This document shows, in pieces, positions 47,169 to 56,619 of a DNA stretch of 64,000 nucleotides. The position numbers and the translations under genes are program-made. The stretch is from NCBI GenBank assembly GCA_050246815.1, contig JBFWVI010000008.1, forward strand, positions 10,747-74,746. The letters are read 5' to 3'. Each line of letters starts with the position of its first letter. Position 1 is the stretch's first letter. This DNA comes from Bdellovibrionales bacterium. GTDB taxonomy: Bacteria; Bdellovibrionota; Bdellovibrionia; Bdellovibrionales; UBA1609. The notes beneath the pieces are model-generated. The model saw nothing but the letters and a program-made list of their open reading frames with translations. It had not been told where the DNA came from and searched no databases.

Positions 47169-48472
47169 CTTTTTTGCCAGGTATGGCGGTGGCTGTCGAC
47201 ATGCAGCTTCGCGCCCAGGCGCTGAAAGACAACTCCTAAGCCCAATAGAGTTCGATGCACCAGGGTCAGGCCCGTGCTGAAGTTCTGCAGCTGGGGATTG
47301 AATAGCTGCTGCGAAAATATCTCATGGCCCCGTCGTACAAAATCAGGTTGAGTCTTGAAATCAAAGCTTTCCTGTGCCAGCAAGGTTTGAATCCAGTCCA
47401 AATAGGGCTCGACCGCTTGCTCCAGCAGCTGGCGGTTTTGTTCAACGCCGCCGGGGGCCACTTGCATGCCGCGCTTTTCATATTGCTCAAGCAGCGGCGT
47501 ACGATCATCTCCTTTCGAAGTTCGCCACAGTTGAGTATAGAAGGTGACGTCTTCTTGAGGGATTATTTTGACCGCGCCGAAGTCGATCACGGCAATACGG
47601 TCGTCTTCGGTGATTAGGAAATTGCCTAAGTTGGGGTCCACATGCAGGCGCTGCCACTGAAACACGCTGCGAGTGAAAAAGCTGAATAAAGTGTTGGCCA
47701 CTTTGTCGATGCGGTCTTGCGAAGGGTGGCTGAGCAACCACTGATCTAAATGCTGGCCCGATACAAAATCCATGGTCAAAACGGTTGGGCAGGTCAGATC
47801 GGCGTGGACTTGGGGGATGAACATGGTGGGTGGCAATGTCTGTGCGCGAAACCAATTTGAATGTTCTTGCTCGACCATGTAGTCGACTTCTTGGCGCAGG
47901 CGATCTTGCAATTCGTCCAGGATGTTGATCAGCAGGCCGGTGTTTGCAAAGGGCTTTAAAAGTTTACGGGCCAAGGCGAAGTCATTGACGATACTTTCGT
48001 TCATACCGGGGTATTGCACTTTGACGGCCACCCAGGTGCCGTTTTTAAGTTTTGCCCGGTGAACTTGGCCCAGGCTGGCTGCGGCCAGGGCGTCGGCTTC
48101 GAATTCAGCAAACACCAAAAGGGGATCTTGCCCCAGCTCGCGGCGTAAAACCGTGCGCACCAGCGCGGCAGAAAGCGGCGACACTTTGTATTGCGCCTGC
48201 TCGAACACTTTCATGTACTCTTCGGGCAGCAATCCGGTTTCGCCGCAAAAGAGTTGCGCCAGCTTCAATGCTGTACCACGCAATTGGCTTAAGCCTTCAA
48301 AGATCATCTGCGCGATTTCAAGATTTGTGCGCTGCCTTAATGTTTGTTTGTCTTCGGGTTTTAGGAACACCGATTTGACACCGCTCGAGATTTTTTTGCT
48401 CGCGACACGGCCGGCCACTTTGCCAATTACTTTGCTGCGAGCGAGAGATGTTTTAGGGGGACTTTTTGCCAT
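47162..48472 (-). CDS. ABC1/AarF/UbiB family atypical kinase
   Basis: LRG..LK.AQ, AAASLGQVH.A, VAVKVQYPG, E.DY..E, H.DP..GNF and DFG motifs. Confidence 0.92.
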   Translation of the reverse strand: MAKSPPKTSLARSKVIGKVAGRVASKKISSGVKSVFLKPEDKQTLRQRTNLEIAQMIFEGLSQLRGTALKLAQLFCGETGLLPEEYMKVFEQAQYKVSPLSAALVRTVLRRELGQDPLLVFAEFEADALAAASLGQVHRAKLKNGTWVAVKVQYPGMNESIVNDFALARKLLKPFANTGLLINILDELQDRLRQEVDYMVEQEHSNWFRAQTLPPTMFIPQVHADLTCPTVLTMDFVSGQHLDQWLLSHPSQDRIDKVANTLFSFFTRSVFQWQRLHVDPNLGNFLITEDDRIAVIDFGAVKIIPQEDVTFYTQLWRTSKGDDRTPLLEQYEKRGMQVAPGGVEQNRQLLEQAVEPYLDWIQTLLAQESFDFKTQPDFVRRGHEIFSQQLFNPQLQNFSTGLTLVHRTLLGLGVVFQRLGAKLHVDSHRHTWQKSY

Positions 48473-48545
48473 TTCGAGCCAAAACTAAAGGTTTACTTTA
48501 ACGCTACCTGATTTATCCTAAGAAGGGAGCATTTAAGAGTCGCCT

Positions 48546-48785
48546 ATGGATCAGATTAAAACCTTCGTCGAAGATCAGATGCGTCATGTTTTGGAGCAGC
48601 AAACACTGCCCCTGAACGAAGAGACGATTTTGACCGGCTTGCCGGGCTGGGATTCGGTCAAAATGCTCAGCTTGCTTGTGACAATCGAAAAGAAATTCAA
48701 GGTGACTTTTCACGCCCGCGAAGTGACCAACCTCAAAACTCACGGCGAACTGTTGCGTTTGGTCGCTGCCAAGATGGCCCAATGA
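48546..48785 (+). CDS. Acyl carrier protein
   Basis: 79 aa; GWDSV phosphopantetheinylation motif; IE..F.V.F. Confidence 0.85.
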   Translation: MDQIKTFVEDQMRHVLEQQTLPLNEETILTGLPGWDSVKMLSLLVTIEKKFKVTFHAREVTNLKTHGELLRLVAAKMAQ

Positions 48786-50689
48786 ATGCCGAAAAGATTT
48801 TAAACACGGCTTTTTTGATCCGCCGGACCGAAGAAAAACTTCTGGAGCTGTTCACCCAAGGCAAGGTGCATGGCACGATTCACACCTGTGTCGGTCAAGA
48901 GATGGTCGGAGCTTGTCTGGCCGAACACTTAAGCGCGAGCGACTACGTGTTTTCGAACCATCGCGGCCACGGCCATTATTTGGCGGTCACCGGGGATTTG
49001 CCCGGGATGTTGGGTGAGCTACTGGGTCGAGGTATGGGTGTTGCGGGCGGCGTCGGTGGCAGTCAGCATTTGCAAAAGGGCCGCTTTTTTTCAAATGGTA
49101 TTCAAGGCGGTATCGTGCCTTTGGCTGCCGGAGCCGCATGGGGAGCCAAGCTGGAAGGTAAAAAATCCATTGCTGTGGTTCTCGTAGGGGATGGCACTTT
49201 GGGTCAGGGTGCGATTTATGAGACCATGAATCTGAGTGCACGTTGGCAATTGCCACTTTTGATTGTGAACGAAGACAATGGCTACGCTCAATCGACCAGC
49301 AAGCAGGAAACTTTTGCCGGCGATTTGAGGGCAAGAGTGCAGGGCTTTGGGTGCAGTTATGCCCAGGGTGACACCTGGGACTGGCCAACGCTGCACCAAA
49401 TTTTTGCGGATCAGATCCAGGCGCTACGCGCTGGCGGGCCGCCGTGCTTCATCGCGGTTCGCACCTATCGGTTGAAGGCACACTCAAAGGGCGACGATTT
49501 ACGTGATCCGCAGGAGGTCAAAAGGTACTTTGACCTGGATCCATTGCAAAAACTATTGAGTGCAAAGGATGCTGTGGCTTTGCATGCCGATCAAAAAGCC
49601 AGCAACGAAATTGAAAAACAAATTCAGAAAGTTTTAGCCGCCCCCGTCGCACAGCCACCGGCACTGGCGGCTTATCAAACACCAAAGTGGTTTCCTTGGA
49701 AATCTGGCCCAGAGGGGCTGTATGTTGAGGCTTTAGCCGAAGCCTTTCAGCAGGTTCTGGCCAACCATCCTCAAGTTTTGTTTATTGGCGAGGATGTGCA
49801 GGACCCTTACGGCGGATGTTTCAAGGCCAGCAAGGGCTTAAGCAGCCGGCAAGCTCAGCGTGTGCGCAACACGCCCATCTCTGAAGCCGCGATCAGCGGG
49901 GTGGGCACCGGTGTCGCTTTGGCGGGGTATCCGTGTTTTGTCGAGTATATGTTTGGCGATTTTTCGGCCTTGGCTTTCGACCAGATCGTCAATCATGCGG
50001 CAAAGTTCGATCAGATGTATCCCGGCGTGAAGGCCCAAGTGATATTCAGAACCCCCATGGGGGGCGGGCAAGGGTATGGCCCCACCCACAGTCAAAATTT
50101 AGAAAAACATTTTTTGGGCGTTCCGGGTCTGCAAGTTTATGCGATGAACGCCATGGTGGATCCTCGTCTTTTCTTGGATGATCTTGTCAAAAGACAGTCG
50201 GGGCCCGTCTTGCTGATTGAAAATAAAAAGCTTTATTTGCAAAAGACCGTGGCCAGCATCGATTCGATGTGGCAAGTGCAAACGCAAAAAGACAGCTGGA
50301 ACGTCCGCTTAAAGCCCAAGGCGGGCCCAGCGCAGGTGAATCTGGTGGGGCATGGAGCCTATGCCACGATCCTAATGAATGCCGCAAAGACGCTCTTCGT
50401 AGAACACGAAATTTTGTGCAGCTTGTTTATCGCCACGCGCTTGTCAGATTTTGATTTGCGCGAGGAATTGCAGGAATGGCTGGGAACGCCCGTCCATTTG
50501 CTGTTTGAAGAGGGCCAGGGTTACGCCAGTTTTTCAGCTGAAGTTGCGGCGCAGTTGGCCGAATACGGCGTCAAGGCGAGACGGTGGTTTCCGCCCGCAC
50601 GCGTGGTGCCGTCGGCGCCGTCACTTGAATCTGAATTTCGCTTAAGCGAGGCCAAAGTGATCGCGGAATGTCTTGAGGTGTTGCAGTGA
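48782..50689 (+). CDS. Fused ThDP-dependent E1 alpha/beta (2-oxoacid dehydrogenase / transketolase-like)
   Basis: HTCVGQE, HRGHGH, GDG...N ThDP motif, YRL.AHS; beta half GEDV, NTPISE, DQIVN.AAK, GPTHSQ. Confidence 0.9.
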   Translation: MNAEKILNTAFLIRRTEEKLLELFTQGKVHGTIHTCVGQEMVGACLAEHLSASDYVFSNHRGHGHYLAVTGDLPGMLGELLGRGMGVAGGVGGSQHLQKGRFFSNGIQGGIVPLAAGAAWGAKLEGKKSIAVVLVGDGTLGQGAIYETMNLSARWQLPLLIVNEDNGYAQSTSKQETFAGDLRARVQGFGCSYAQGDTWDWPTLHQIFADQIQALRAGGPPCFIAVRTYRLKAHSKGDDLRDPQEVKRYFDLDPLQKLLSAKDAVALHADQKASNEIEKQIQKVLAAPVAQPPALAAYQTPKWFPWKSGPEGLYVEALAEAFQQVLANHPQVLFIGEDVQDPYGGCFKASKGLSSRQAQRVRNTPISEAAISGVGTGVALAGYPCFVEYMFGDFSALAFDQIVNHAAKFDQMYPGVKAQVIFRTPMGGGQGYGPTHSQNLEKHFLGVPGLQVYAMNAMVDPRLFLDDLVKRQSGPVLLIENKKLYLQKTVASIDSMWQVQTQKDSWNVRLKPKAGPAQVNLVGHGAYATILMNAAKTLFVEHEILCSLFIATRLSDFDLREELQEWLGTPVHLLFEEGQGYASFSAEVAAQLAEYGVKARRWFPPARVVPSAPSLESEFRLSEAKVIAECLEVLQ

Positions 50690-51699
50690 ACAAACCGCTG
50701 ACGGTCCCACGTTTGAATCCGAACGACAACGAAGTCGAATTGGCAGTTTGGCACAAAAAGACCGGTGATAAAATTTCGGTGGGGGATCCCATCTGCGATT
50801 TTGCGACCACCAAGGCGGCCTTTATTTTTGAAGCTGAGAGTGAAGGTTATCTGAAGCAAAAGGCGGCAAAATCGGCGCGCTTAAGCGTCGGGGATGTGTT
50901 TGCCGAAATTTGCGCAAGTGTCGAAGAGGCCCAAAAAGTCGACGTCAAGCCGGCGGCTGCCGCATCAATCGCCACGACATTCACCCGCAAAGCGCTGCAG
51001 AAAATGCGGGAGCTGGGTTTGAGCCGTGATGACTTTCAAAATCACGCCTTCGTCACAGAAAAAACTGTGCTTGAAAGGACCAAGGGCGGTGCCGGCGGTT
51101 TGTCGATCTTGAAAGAAGCCGAGATCGCCGCTTTGAATATGAGTGGAGCAGCCTTGCGCAGCTCTTTGACAATGTTGGCGTCTGCCAAAACTTTGAAAGA
51201 CATTTCGAGCCGTACCAATGTGTCGGTTCAAGCCTATATAGCCTGGGCGACGGCTCAGACACTTCAAGAAAAAGCGCGCTTTTTGAACCGCTTTCCCGCA
51301 AGCGAGTCCACCAAAACATCCGTGGATCTGGGCTACGCTTTGGACATGGGCACGGGGACGCGCTCATTCTTGGCTAAAGACTGCCAAACATGGAGCGCAG
51401 AGCGCTGGGGCGAGCAGGTGGTGGATTGGGGTATGCGTTTATTGCGCAATCAAATCCGTCTTGAAGAGCTGGGCTCGGGGGATTTCACGCTGACCGATTT
51501 AAGCAGCGAAGGGATTTTTTCGTTTGAACCACTGTTGGTGGCCGGACAGTCGGCGATTTTAGGGGTGGCGGGTGAGCTGGGCGGGGGTGAGCCGCGTGTT
51601 TCGCTGACTCTGTCTTTTGATCACCGAGTGCACGACGGGCGGCAGGCGGCGCAGTTTTTAAAGGCAATGAGGGCAAAAATTGAAAATCCCCAGTCTTAA
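50686..51699 (+). CDS. E2-like lipoyl-domain acyltransferase
   Basis: Lipoyl domain (W.K..GD....GD.I...TTKA...EA...G), degenerate binding domain, catalytic SFDHRVHDG. Confidence 0.85.
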   Translation: MNKPLTVPRLNPNDNEVELAVWHKKTGDKISVGDPICDFATTKAAFIFEAESEGYLKQKAAKSARLSVGDVFAEICASVEEAQKVDVKPAAAASIATTFTRKALQKMRELGLSRDDFQNHAFVTEKTVLERTKGGAGGLSILKEAEIAALNMSGAALRSSLTMLASAKTLKDISSRTNVSVQAYIAWATAQTLQEKARFLNRFPASESTKTSVDLGYALDMGTGTRSFLAKDCQTWSAERWGEQVVDWGMRLLRNQIRLEELGSGDFTLTDLSSEGIFSFEPLLVAGQSAILGVAGELGGGEPRVSLTLSFDHRVHDGRQAAQFLKAMRAKIENPQS

Positions 51700-52813
51700 A
51701 TTTTCATTTGTTTATTTTTCGTCATTTGTGGCGGTCTTGTTTGTGGTGAAGATCTTGCTGCAGGTGCTGGAGCCATTCAATGGCACTAACAACATGTGGA
51801 CCAAGGATCGCATCCGTCAGTCTTTGCGGGCGCTTGACCAGTGTTTACGCCAGCCGCCTGGGTCAGGTGTCGTGCTTTTTTTAGGAACCTCGGAAATTGA
51901 AGTCGGTTTTGACCCGCGAATCTTTGATCGAACTTTAAATCGTTCGACTGAAACGCTCAACTTGGCCGTGCGCAATGTGGGTAATTTCATGCCGCTTTAT
52001 TTGGCCCGGGTGCGCCAGGAATTTTTAAAACATTCGGCCAAAGCAGATGTGATCTTTCTGCACATGCCAATTTCTAGAATGACAAAGAGGGCGCGCAATT
52101 CGGCATCCGAAGGCAACAAAACGCACGATTTGCCGACGGTCTATTTTGACCAAACCGTAGCTGGAAATTTTGAGGCCAGTGCCTATGAGCTTGGGTTTTT
52201 CTTCTTCAACAAATACTTTTTGGGTGAGCGAAGCTTAAGTCAGATGACTTATTTATTGCGCCGGCCTTTGCGTGGATGGATGGCCCAGCAAGGAGCGGCG
52301 GCAACGGCACGCATTGATCTTTGGAATCGCGCAGACCTGCATCCCCAACCCGCTTGGGAACCCAAGACACGCGGACATTTTTATTGGAACCTCGAAAATG
52401 AGGGTGCGATGTTGCAGGGGGTGTTGCAGGCCATACCGCCAGAAACCGCACTACGCAGTTCGATTGCTTTTCAAAAGACCTGCTGCGATTTTGTCGATTT
52501 AAATATTGATTGGCAGTACGTCGAACAGGTGCGGACTTCTCTGATCAGGCTGAAAGAGGTGACTCGGCATCTGATTTTGATCCATTTGCCTGAACATCCG
52601 GGTTTCAAGCGCAGCGAAGATTCTTTGATCAATATGGCATTGGTGCTTAAGCGTCTGCGCCAAGACACGGGTGTGGAGCTGTGGGAAACACAAATGTATG
52701 AATCTTACGGGCCGGAGCACTTTATTGACGTGGTCCATTTTTCGCCGTTAGGGGTTCGTCACTTCTCGGAAGAGCTGGCGAAATCGGCCATAGACCTTTT
52801 GCCGACGGAATGA
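51680..52813 (+). CDS. Membrane-anchored SGNH-like (DltD/AlgJ-type) acyltransferase
   Basis: N-terminal TM; FLGTS nucleophile block, NLA block, C-terminal FIDVVHFS..G (DxxH). Confidence 0.7.
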   Translation: MKIPSLKFSFVYFSSFVAVLFVVKILLQVLEPFNGTNNMWTKDRIRQSLRALDQCLRQPPGSGVVLFLGTSEIEVGFDPRIFDRTLNRSTETLNLAVRNVGNFMPLYLARVRQEFLKHSAKADVIFLHMPISRMTKRARNSASEGNKTHDLPTVYFDQTVAGNFEASAYELGFFFFNKYFLGERSLSQMTYLLRRPLRGWMAQQGAAATARIDLWNRADLHPQPAWEPKTRGHFYWNLENEGAMLQGVLQAIPPETALRSSIAFQKTCCDFVDLNIDWQYVEQVRTSLIRLKEVTRHLILIHLPEHPGFKRSEDSLINMALVLKRLRQDTGVELWETQMYESYGPEHFIDVVHFSPLGVRHFSEELAKSAIDLLPTE

Positions 52814-52817
52814 CCCT

Positions 52818-54233
52818 TTAGAATTGGAAATATAAGAAGCTTTGGTTGTCGAATTGACCCATGGCCAAAATTAAAACGGTTAAAACCGCATAGGCCAAAC
52901 TGAGCTTACGCCACGACGCCGCAGCGGCCCTGTGCAAATAATCCCTGGCCACGGCATTGACCAACAAGATCAGCAAGCCCACAACCGCCAGCTTGGCTGA
53001 AATCATCACATCTTGCGGCACTCGCAGCGCAAAATCCAGGCTGGTCAAAGCCGAGGCGATTTTGTTCAAGACAAGGCCCGCGCTGTTGACCGATTCCGCG
53101 CGAAAAAAGATCCAACAAAATGTCACTAAATGAAAATTCAAAAGCACCAGGATCGCCGTAGCTGCAGGGCCGCGCAGTTGACTCAGATGGCGATTGAAGA
53201 TTCGGTAAAGGCTATAGATCACGCCGTTGAGCAGGCCCCAAATCAAGAAGGTCCAATTGGCTCCGTGCCAAATTCCCGAAAGTACAAAAACCAAAATGAT
53301 GCCGACATCGGGCCCCCAGCCGGTGGGCCATCGGCGCACAAAGGGGTAATAAACGTATTCAAAGAACCACTGGGACAGGCTGATATGCCAGCGCTTCCAG
53401 AATTCGGGCAGACTTCTGGCCAAATAGGGGCGCTCAAAATTTTGCGTCAGTTGCACGCCAAACAGCAGCGAACTGCCCACAGCGATATCCGTGTAACCGG
53501 AAAAGTCACAATAGATTTGAAACGAGAAAGCATAAACGCCAAGGATCATCGTGAGCGGGGTCTGAGAGGCGGGGTTTGAAAACGCCATATCCACAAGAGG
53601 CGCCAGATTGTCCGCGATGACGATTTTTTTAAATAGGCCCCACAGCAAAATCACCAGGCCGCTGCGGATCTGCGCAAGCGTTGGCGCGTGGATGATATGC
53701 AGTTGTTTTAGCAAAGTCGCCGCCCGTTCGATCGGGCCGGCCACCATTTGTGGGAACCAGGCAATGAACAGGGCAAATTGAAAAAAGCGTCGCTCGGCCT
53801 TTTCAATCTTCAGATAGACGTCGGTGGTGTAGCTCATGGCTTGAAAAGTGTGAAACGAAATTCCGATTGGCAGCACGATGTCGGGTAGCGTGAATTGCGT
53901 GGTCGCCCCTTCCCACGCCAAAAACCAGTTCAGTTCATGGGTTAAAAACAGCAAATATTTGAAGAAGATAAGTGAACCCAGGTTGGCGGCCAACGACATC
54001 AGCCAAACAATCTGGCGCACCCGCGGATTTTTTTGGTTTTCGATCACGATGGCCGCAAAATAGTCGAACACGGTCAGTGCGATGATGACCAAAACGTACT
54101 GAGGCTTCCACGCCATGTAAAACAGGTAGGAAGCGGCCAGCAAAAAGTGCACGCGCCAGCGCGAAGGCAGCGAATAGGTCAAGCCGAAGACGAGGGGCAA
54201 AAAAAACAGAAAGGTTTGGCTGATAAAGCTCAT
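52818..54233 (-). CDS. MBOAT O-acyltransferase (AlgI/DltB-like)
   Basis: LPIGISF.TFQ..SY..DVY, FPQ.VAGPIER, DFSGYTD.A, FW.RWHISLS.W, SG.WHGA and C-terminal FLYFQF motifs. Confidence 0.93.
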   Translation of the reverse strand: MSFISQTFLFFLPLVFGLTYSLPSRWRVHFLLAASYLFYMAWKPQYVLVIIALTVFDYFAAIVIENQKNPRVRQIVWLMSLAANLGSLIFFKYLLFLTHELNWFLAWEGATTQFTLPDIVLPIGISFHTFQAMSYTTDVYLKIEKAERRFFQFALFIAWFPQMVAGPIERAATLLKQLHIIHAPTLAQIRSGLVILLWGLFKKIVIADNLAPLVDMAFSNPASQTPLTMILGVYAFSFQIYCDFSGYTDIAVGSSLLFGVQLTQNFERPYLARSLPEFWKRWHISLSQWFFEYVYYPFVRRWPTGWGPDVGIILVFVLSGIWHGANWTFLIWGLLNGVIYSLYRIFNRHLSQLRGPAATAILVLLNFHLVTFCWIFFRAESVNSAGLVLNKIASALTSLDFALRVPQDVMISAKLAVVGLLILLVNAVARDYLHRAAAASWRKLSLAYAVLTVLILAMGQFDNQSFLYFQF

Positions 54234-54271
54234 GAGCTTCTATATTAGGGGCCGGGCCTTTAAAAATCGAG

Positions 54272-55012
54272 TTAGTCTTTTTCTTGGTTCAAAAATCGCG
54301 ACTTACGTTGTTTTTGCGAATCACTTAGGTCCGTCATCTGATCGACGGCTTTGATAAAGTGCTCGCGGGCCAGAAAATAAACTAAATCGACCACGCGACT
54401 AAGCAGATTGGACTTTAAGAGCTCGTTCAACAGACCTAAACTTTTGTCTAACATCTGCAATGTGCGGACCGATTTTTTGCTGTCATCGTTCAGCCAATAG
54501 TAGGTCATGCCCAAATGAAAATCCCAAAGCAGTTCACAAAACACTTGGGGGCCGGGTGGTTTGGGGAATTCCTCGACTTCAATGGCGGCATCCAGTAGGC
54601 GACCGACAAATTCAAGATGGAGTTTGCGCTGTTCGGCTAAATAAGTAAAAGAACCAGAAAGAGTGGTCAGAAACAGTTGCTTAAAAGCATCTTGCACGAA
54701 GGTTTTGTGTTTTTCGAATTCCGAAATCTGCGCATCGAATAGCAACTGCAACTGCTCGGTGAAACTTAAAGTTGTGAAGTCGGGCAGGGCCTGCACTTTT
54801 TTGATGGCTTCGCGCAGGCTGGTGGCGAAATACTCCACCAAAAGGTGATCTTTGGTGGGGTAGTACTTGTAGATGACAGGCTCTGAAAGTCCCGCGCGCT
54901 GGGCGATTCGGCGCATGGTGGCCGACTTCAAACCCTCTTCACTCATCAGATCAAGCCCGGCCTGCAGCAGAGCTTGACGGTTGAGTTGTTTTTGTTCGCG
55001 CGAGATTTTCAT
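54272..55012 (-). CDS. TetR/AcrR family transcriptional regulator
   Basis: HTH TMRRIA..AGLS...IY.YYPTK; C-terminal YWL.DDS....T. Confidence 0.9.
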   Translation of the reverse strand: MKISREQKQLNRQALLQAGLDLMSEEGLKSATMRRIAQRAGLSEPVIYKYYPTKDHLLVEYFATSLREAIKKVQALPDFTTLSFTEQLQLLFDAQISEFEKHKTFVQDAFKQLFLTTLSGSFTYLAEQRKLHLEFVGRLLDAAIEVEEFPKPPGPQVFCELLWDFHLGMTYYWLNDDSKKSVRTLQMLDKSLGLLNELLKSNLLSRVVDLVYFLAREHFIKAVDQMTDLSDSQKQRKSRFLNQEKD

Positions 55013-55013
55013 C

Positions 55014-55757
55014 TTATTGTCTTGCCAGCGACATTTGGCCGTTGACGTCCATAATGGTCACGCCTTGTTTTGGCGCGTGATAGTAACCCGAAATGCTGCC
55101 GCCCTCTTTGGTGGCATTGGGCAGCGAGCGCGAAGTGCCGCGGCGAACAAGTAAGGTGGCCGTTCCCTCACGCAGTTTCATCAGCTCAGCGGGCGAAAAA
55201 GTAGCGCGCTGATTCGAGTAGATTGCGCTGGCGTGGCGCGAGGGCTCATTTTGACCTAGGCTTTCTTGTTGCAAACTGACCTCGACGTTTTCATCGGAAC
55301 TTAAACCTTCCACATTCAACTCCACCACATAGGGCTGACGGGCGCTGACGGTGGCGGCGGCCAAGCGCACACCAATGGGTTTTAGGTTCACACTATTGAC
55401 GTAGACCTTTTGGGCGTTGTCGGTCCACTCAAATCTTGCCTCCGGCTGAAATCCGCTGACCGAAGCCCCGTAATAGGTGCCCAACATCCATTTGCCGCTC
55501 ATTTTTTTGCCGTTCGTGGTGACTTGCGAAGGTGAACTCAAAGACAAAGTGGTCCCTGTGAAGCCCCCAGCCCGAAACTGGGCGTAGTACTCGGTGGTGT
55601 TTGAGTCGGCGTAATAATTGACAGAGTAGTTTTGGTAGACGGCTGCGGGGGACACCTCATCGGAGCCCATGGTTTCCACTGAGCAGGCCGTGTTTAAAGC
55701 TGCGCCCAAAAGCACAACAGGGAACAGGATTTTGGTTTTTAAAGAGCTGGTTTTCAT
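55014..55757 (-). CDS. Lipoprotein of unknown function
   Basis: RBS GGAGG; lipobox NTAC; 1 bp from tetR. Confidence 0.75.
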   Translation of the reverse strand: MKTSSLKTKILFPVVLLGAALNTACSVETMGSDEVSPAAVYQNYSVNYYADSNTTEYYAQFRAGGFTGTTLSLSSPSQVTTNGKKMSGKWMLGTYYGASVSGFQPEARFEWTDNAQKVYVNSVNLKPIGVRLAAATVSARQPYVVELNVEGLSSDENVEVSLQQESLGQNEPSRHASAIYSNQRATFSPAELMKLREGTATLLVRRGTSRSLPNATKEGGSISGYYHAPKQGVTIMDVNGQMSLARQ

Positions 55758-55909
55758 GACGCCTCCGTTTGCGTTATTGTTAAATTACTATCCATTGATA
55801 GCATTAAAATCGGCTTTATTAAATATGAAATTAATATAAAGCGAGAGAAATTCTCAAAAAATGACGGGCTATTTTGTGGAGACGCATTTTATTCGATTTG
55901 AGTCTGTCG

Positions 55910-55937
55910 TTAAGTCCAGGTCCAGTCTAGCCGAAGA
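55910..55937 (+). promoter_or_regulatory. Putative sigma28 promoter
   Basis: TTAAGTCC-N12-GCCGAAGA, same geometry as the fliS promoter. Confidence 0.6.
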
Positions 55938-55975
55938 GTTATTAGAGAAACTCTCTTGATTAGGAGTCTTTAGCA

Positions 55976-56059
55976 GTGAGCCGCCAAGCCTTCATCACCA
56001 CTGTCTTATGCTTGGGCGTACTCTTCTTGTTCTACCAGAACTGCTCCACAGCATTTTAA
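55976..56059 (+). CDS. Putative 27-aa small lipoprotein precursor
   Basis: RBS AGGAG at 55962, GTG start: MSRQAFITTVLCLGVLFLFYQNCSTAF*. Confidence 0.5.
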   Translation: MSRQAFITTVLCLGVLFLFYQNCSTAF

Positions 56060-56085
56060 CAACAACCAAGTGCACGAAGGCGCTG

Positions 56086-56142
56086 CCCGTATTTTATAGG
56101 CCTATAAAAGACGGGGCCCGCAGCTATTCAACTGAGGGCCCC
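56086..56142. terminator. Hairpins between the small ORF and the rnpB 3' end
   Basis: CCCGT-a-TTTTATAGG|CCTATAAAA-g-ACGGG palindrome and GGGGCCC...GGGCCCC stem. Confidence 0.5.
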
Positions 56143-56157
56143 ACAAAGATCGGTCCT

Positions 56158-56525
56158 GGAATCATATAAGCCGGATTCTGTTCTTAAGAGTTCTCCCGAT
56201 CGGATTCCTCTTAAGTGGCCATCATTCCTCTAGAGGGCTCATCGCTGAGCCCTTCAAGCAATCTACCCGAAGACTTGGCGCGGGCGCGCTCGTGACGTCT
56301 TCCTATTTGATCTTGCTCCGCGCAGAGTTTGGCTGTTTTCACTCCGGCAACTCCCTTTAAGGCTCCCGTTCCCGCCTAAAAGATCATCGTCCCGGACATT
56401 CTCTCTGTTCCACTGTTCCTCACCTTGCGGTGGAGGGGCGTTACCCCATGCGCTGCCCGATGGAGTCCGGACTTTCCTCGCCGCCGGCCGGTTGCCCTGC
56501 CGTTGCCGCGATAGCCCCTGATTCC
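56158..56525 (-). ncRNA. rnpB: RNase P RNA
   Basis: Minus strand GAGGAAAGTCCGGACTCCA near the 5' end and ACAGAATCCGGCTTAT near the 3' end; P1 ends GGAATCA/TGATTCC pair. Confidence 0.96.
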
Positions 56526-56619
56526 GCGGCTACAATAAGGTACGGCCTACCTTTTTGTAAAGAGGGGTGTTGTGAGAACGCGTATACGGCTTGGCGCGAA
56601 AGCTGCTTTGTATTGAACT

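Noticed and set aside
48782..51699. Housekeeping pyruvate dehydrogenase complex
   Set aside because: E1 is fused, E2 is short and divergent, there is no E3, and the genes overlap ACP and SGNH genes; this points to a specialised pathway.
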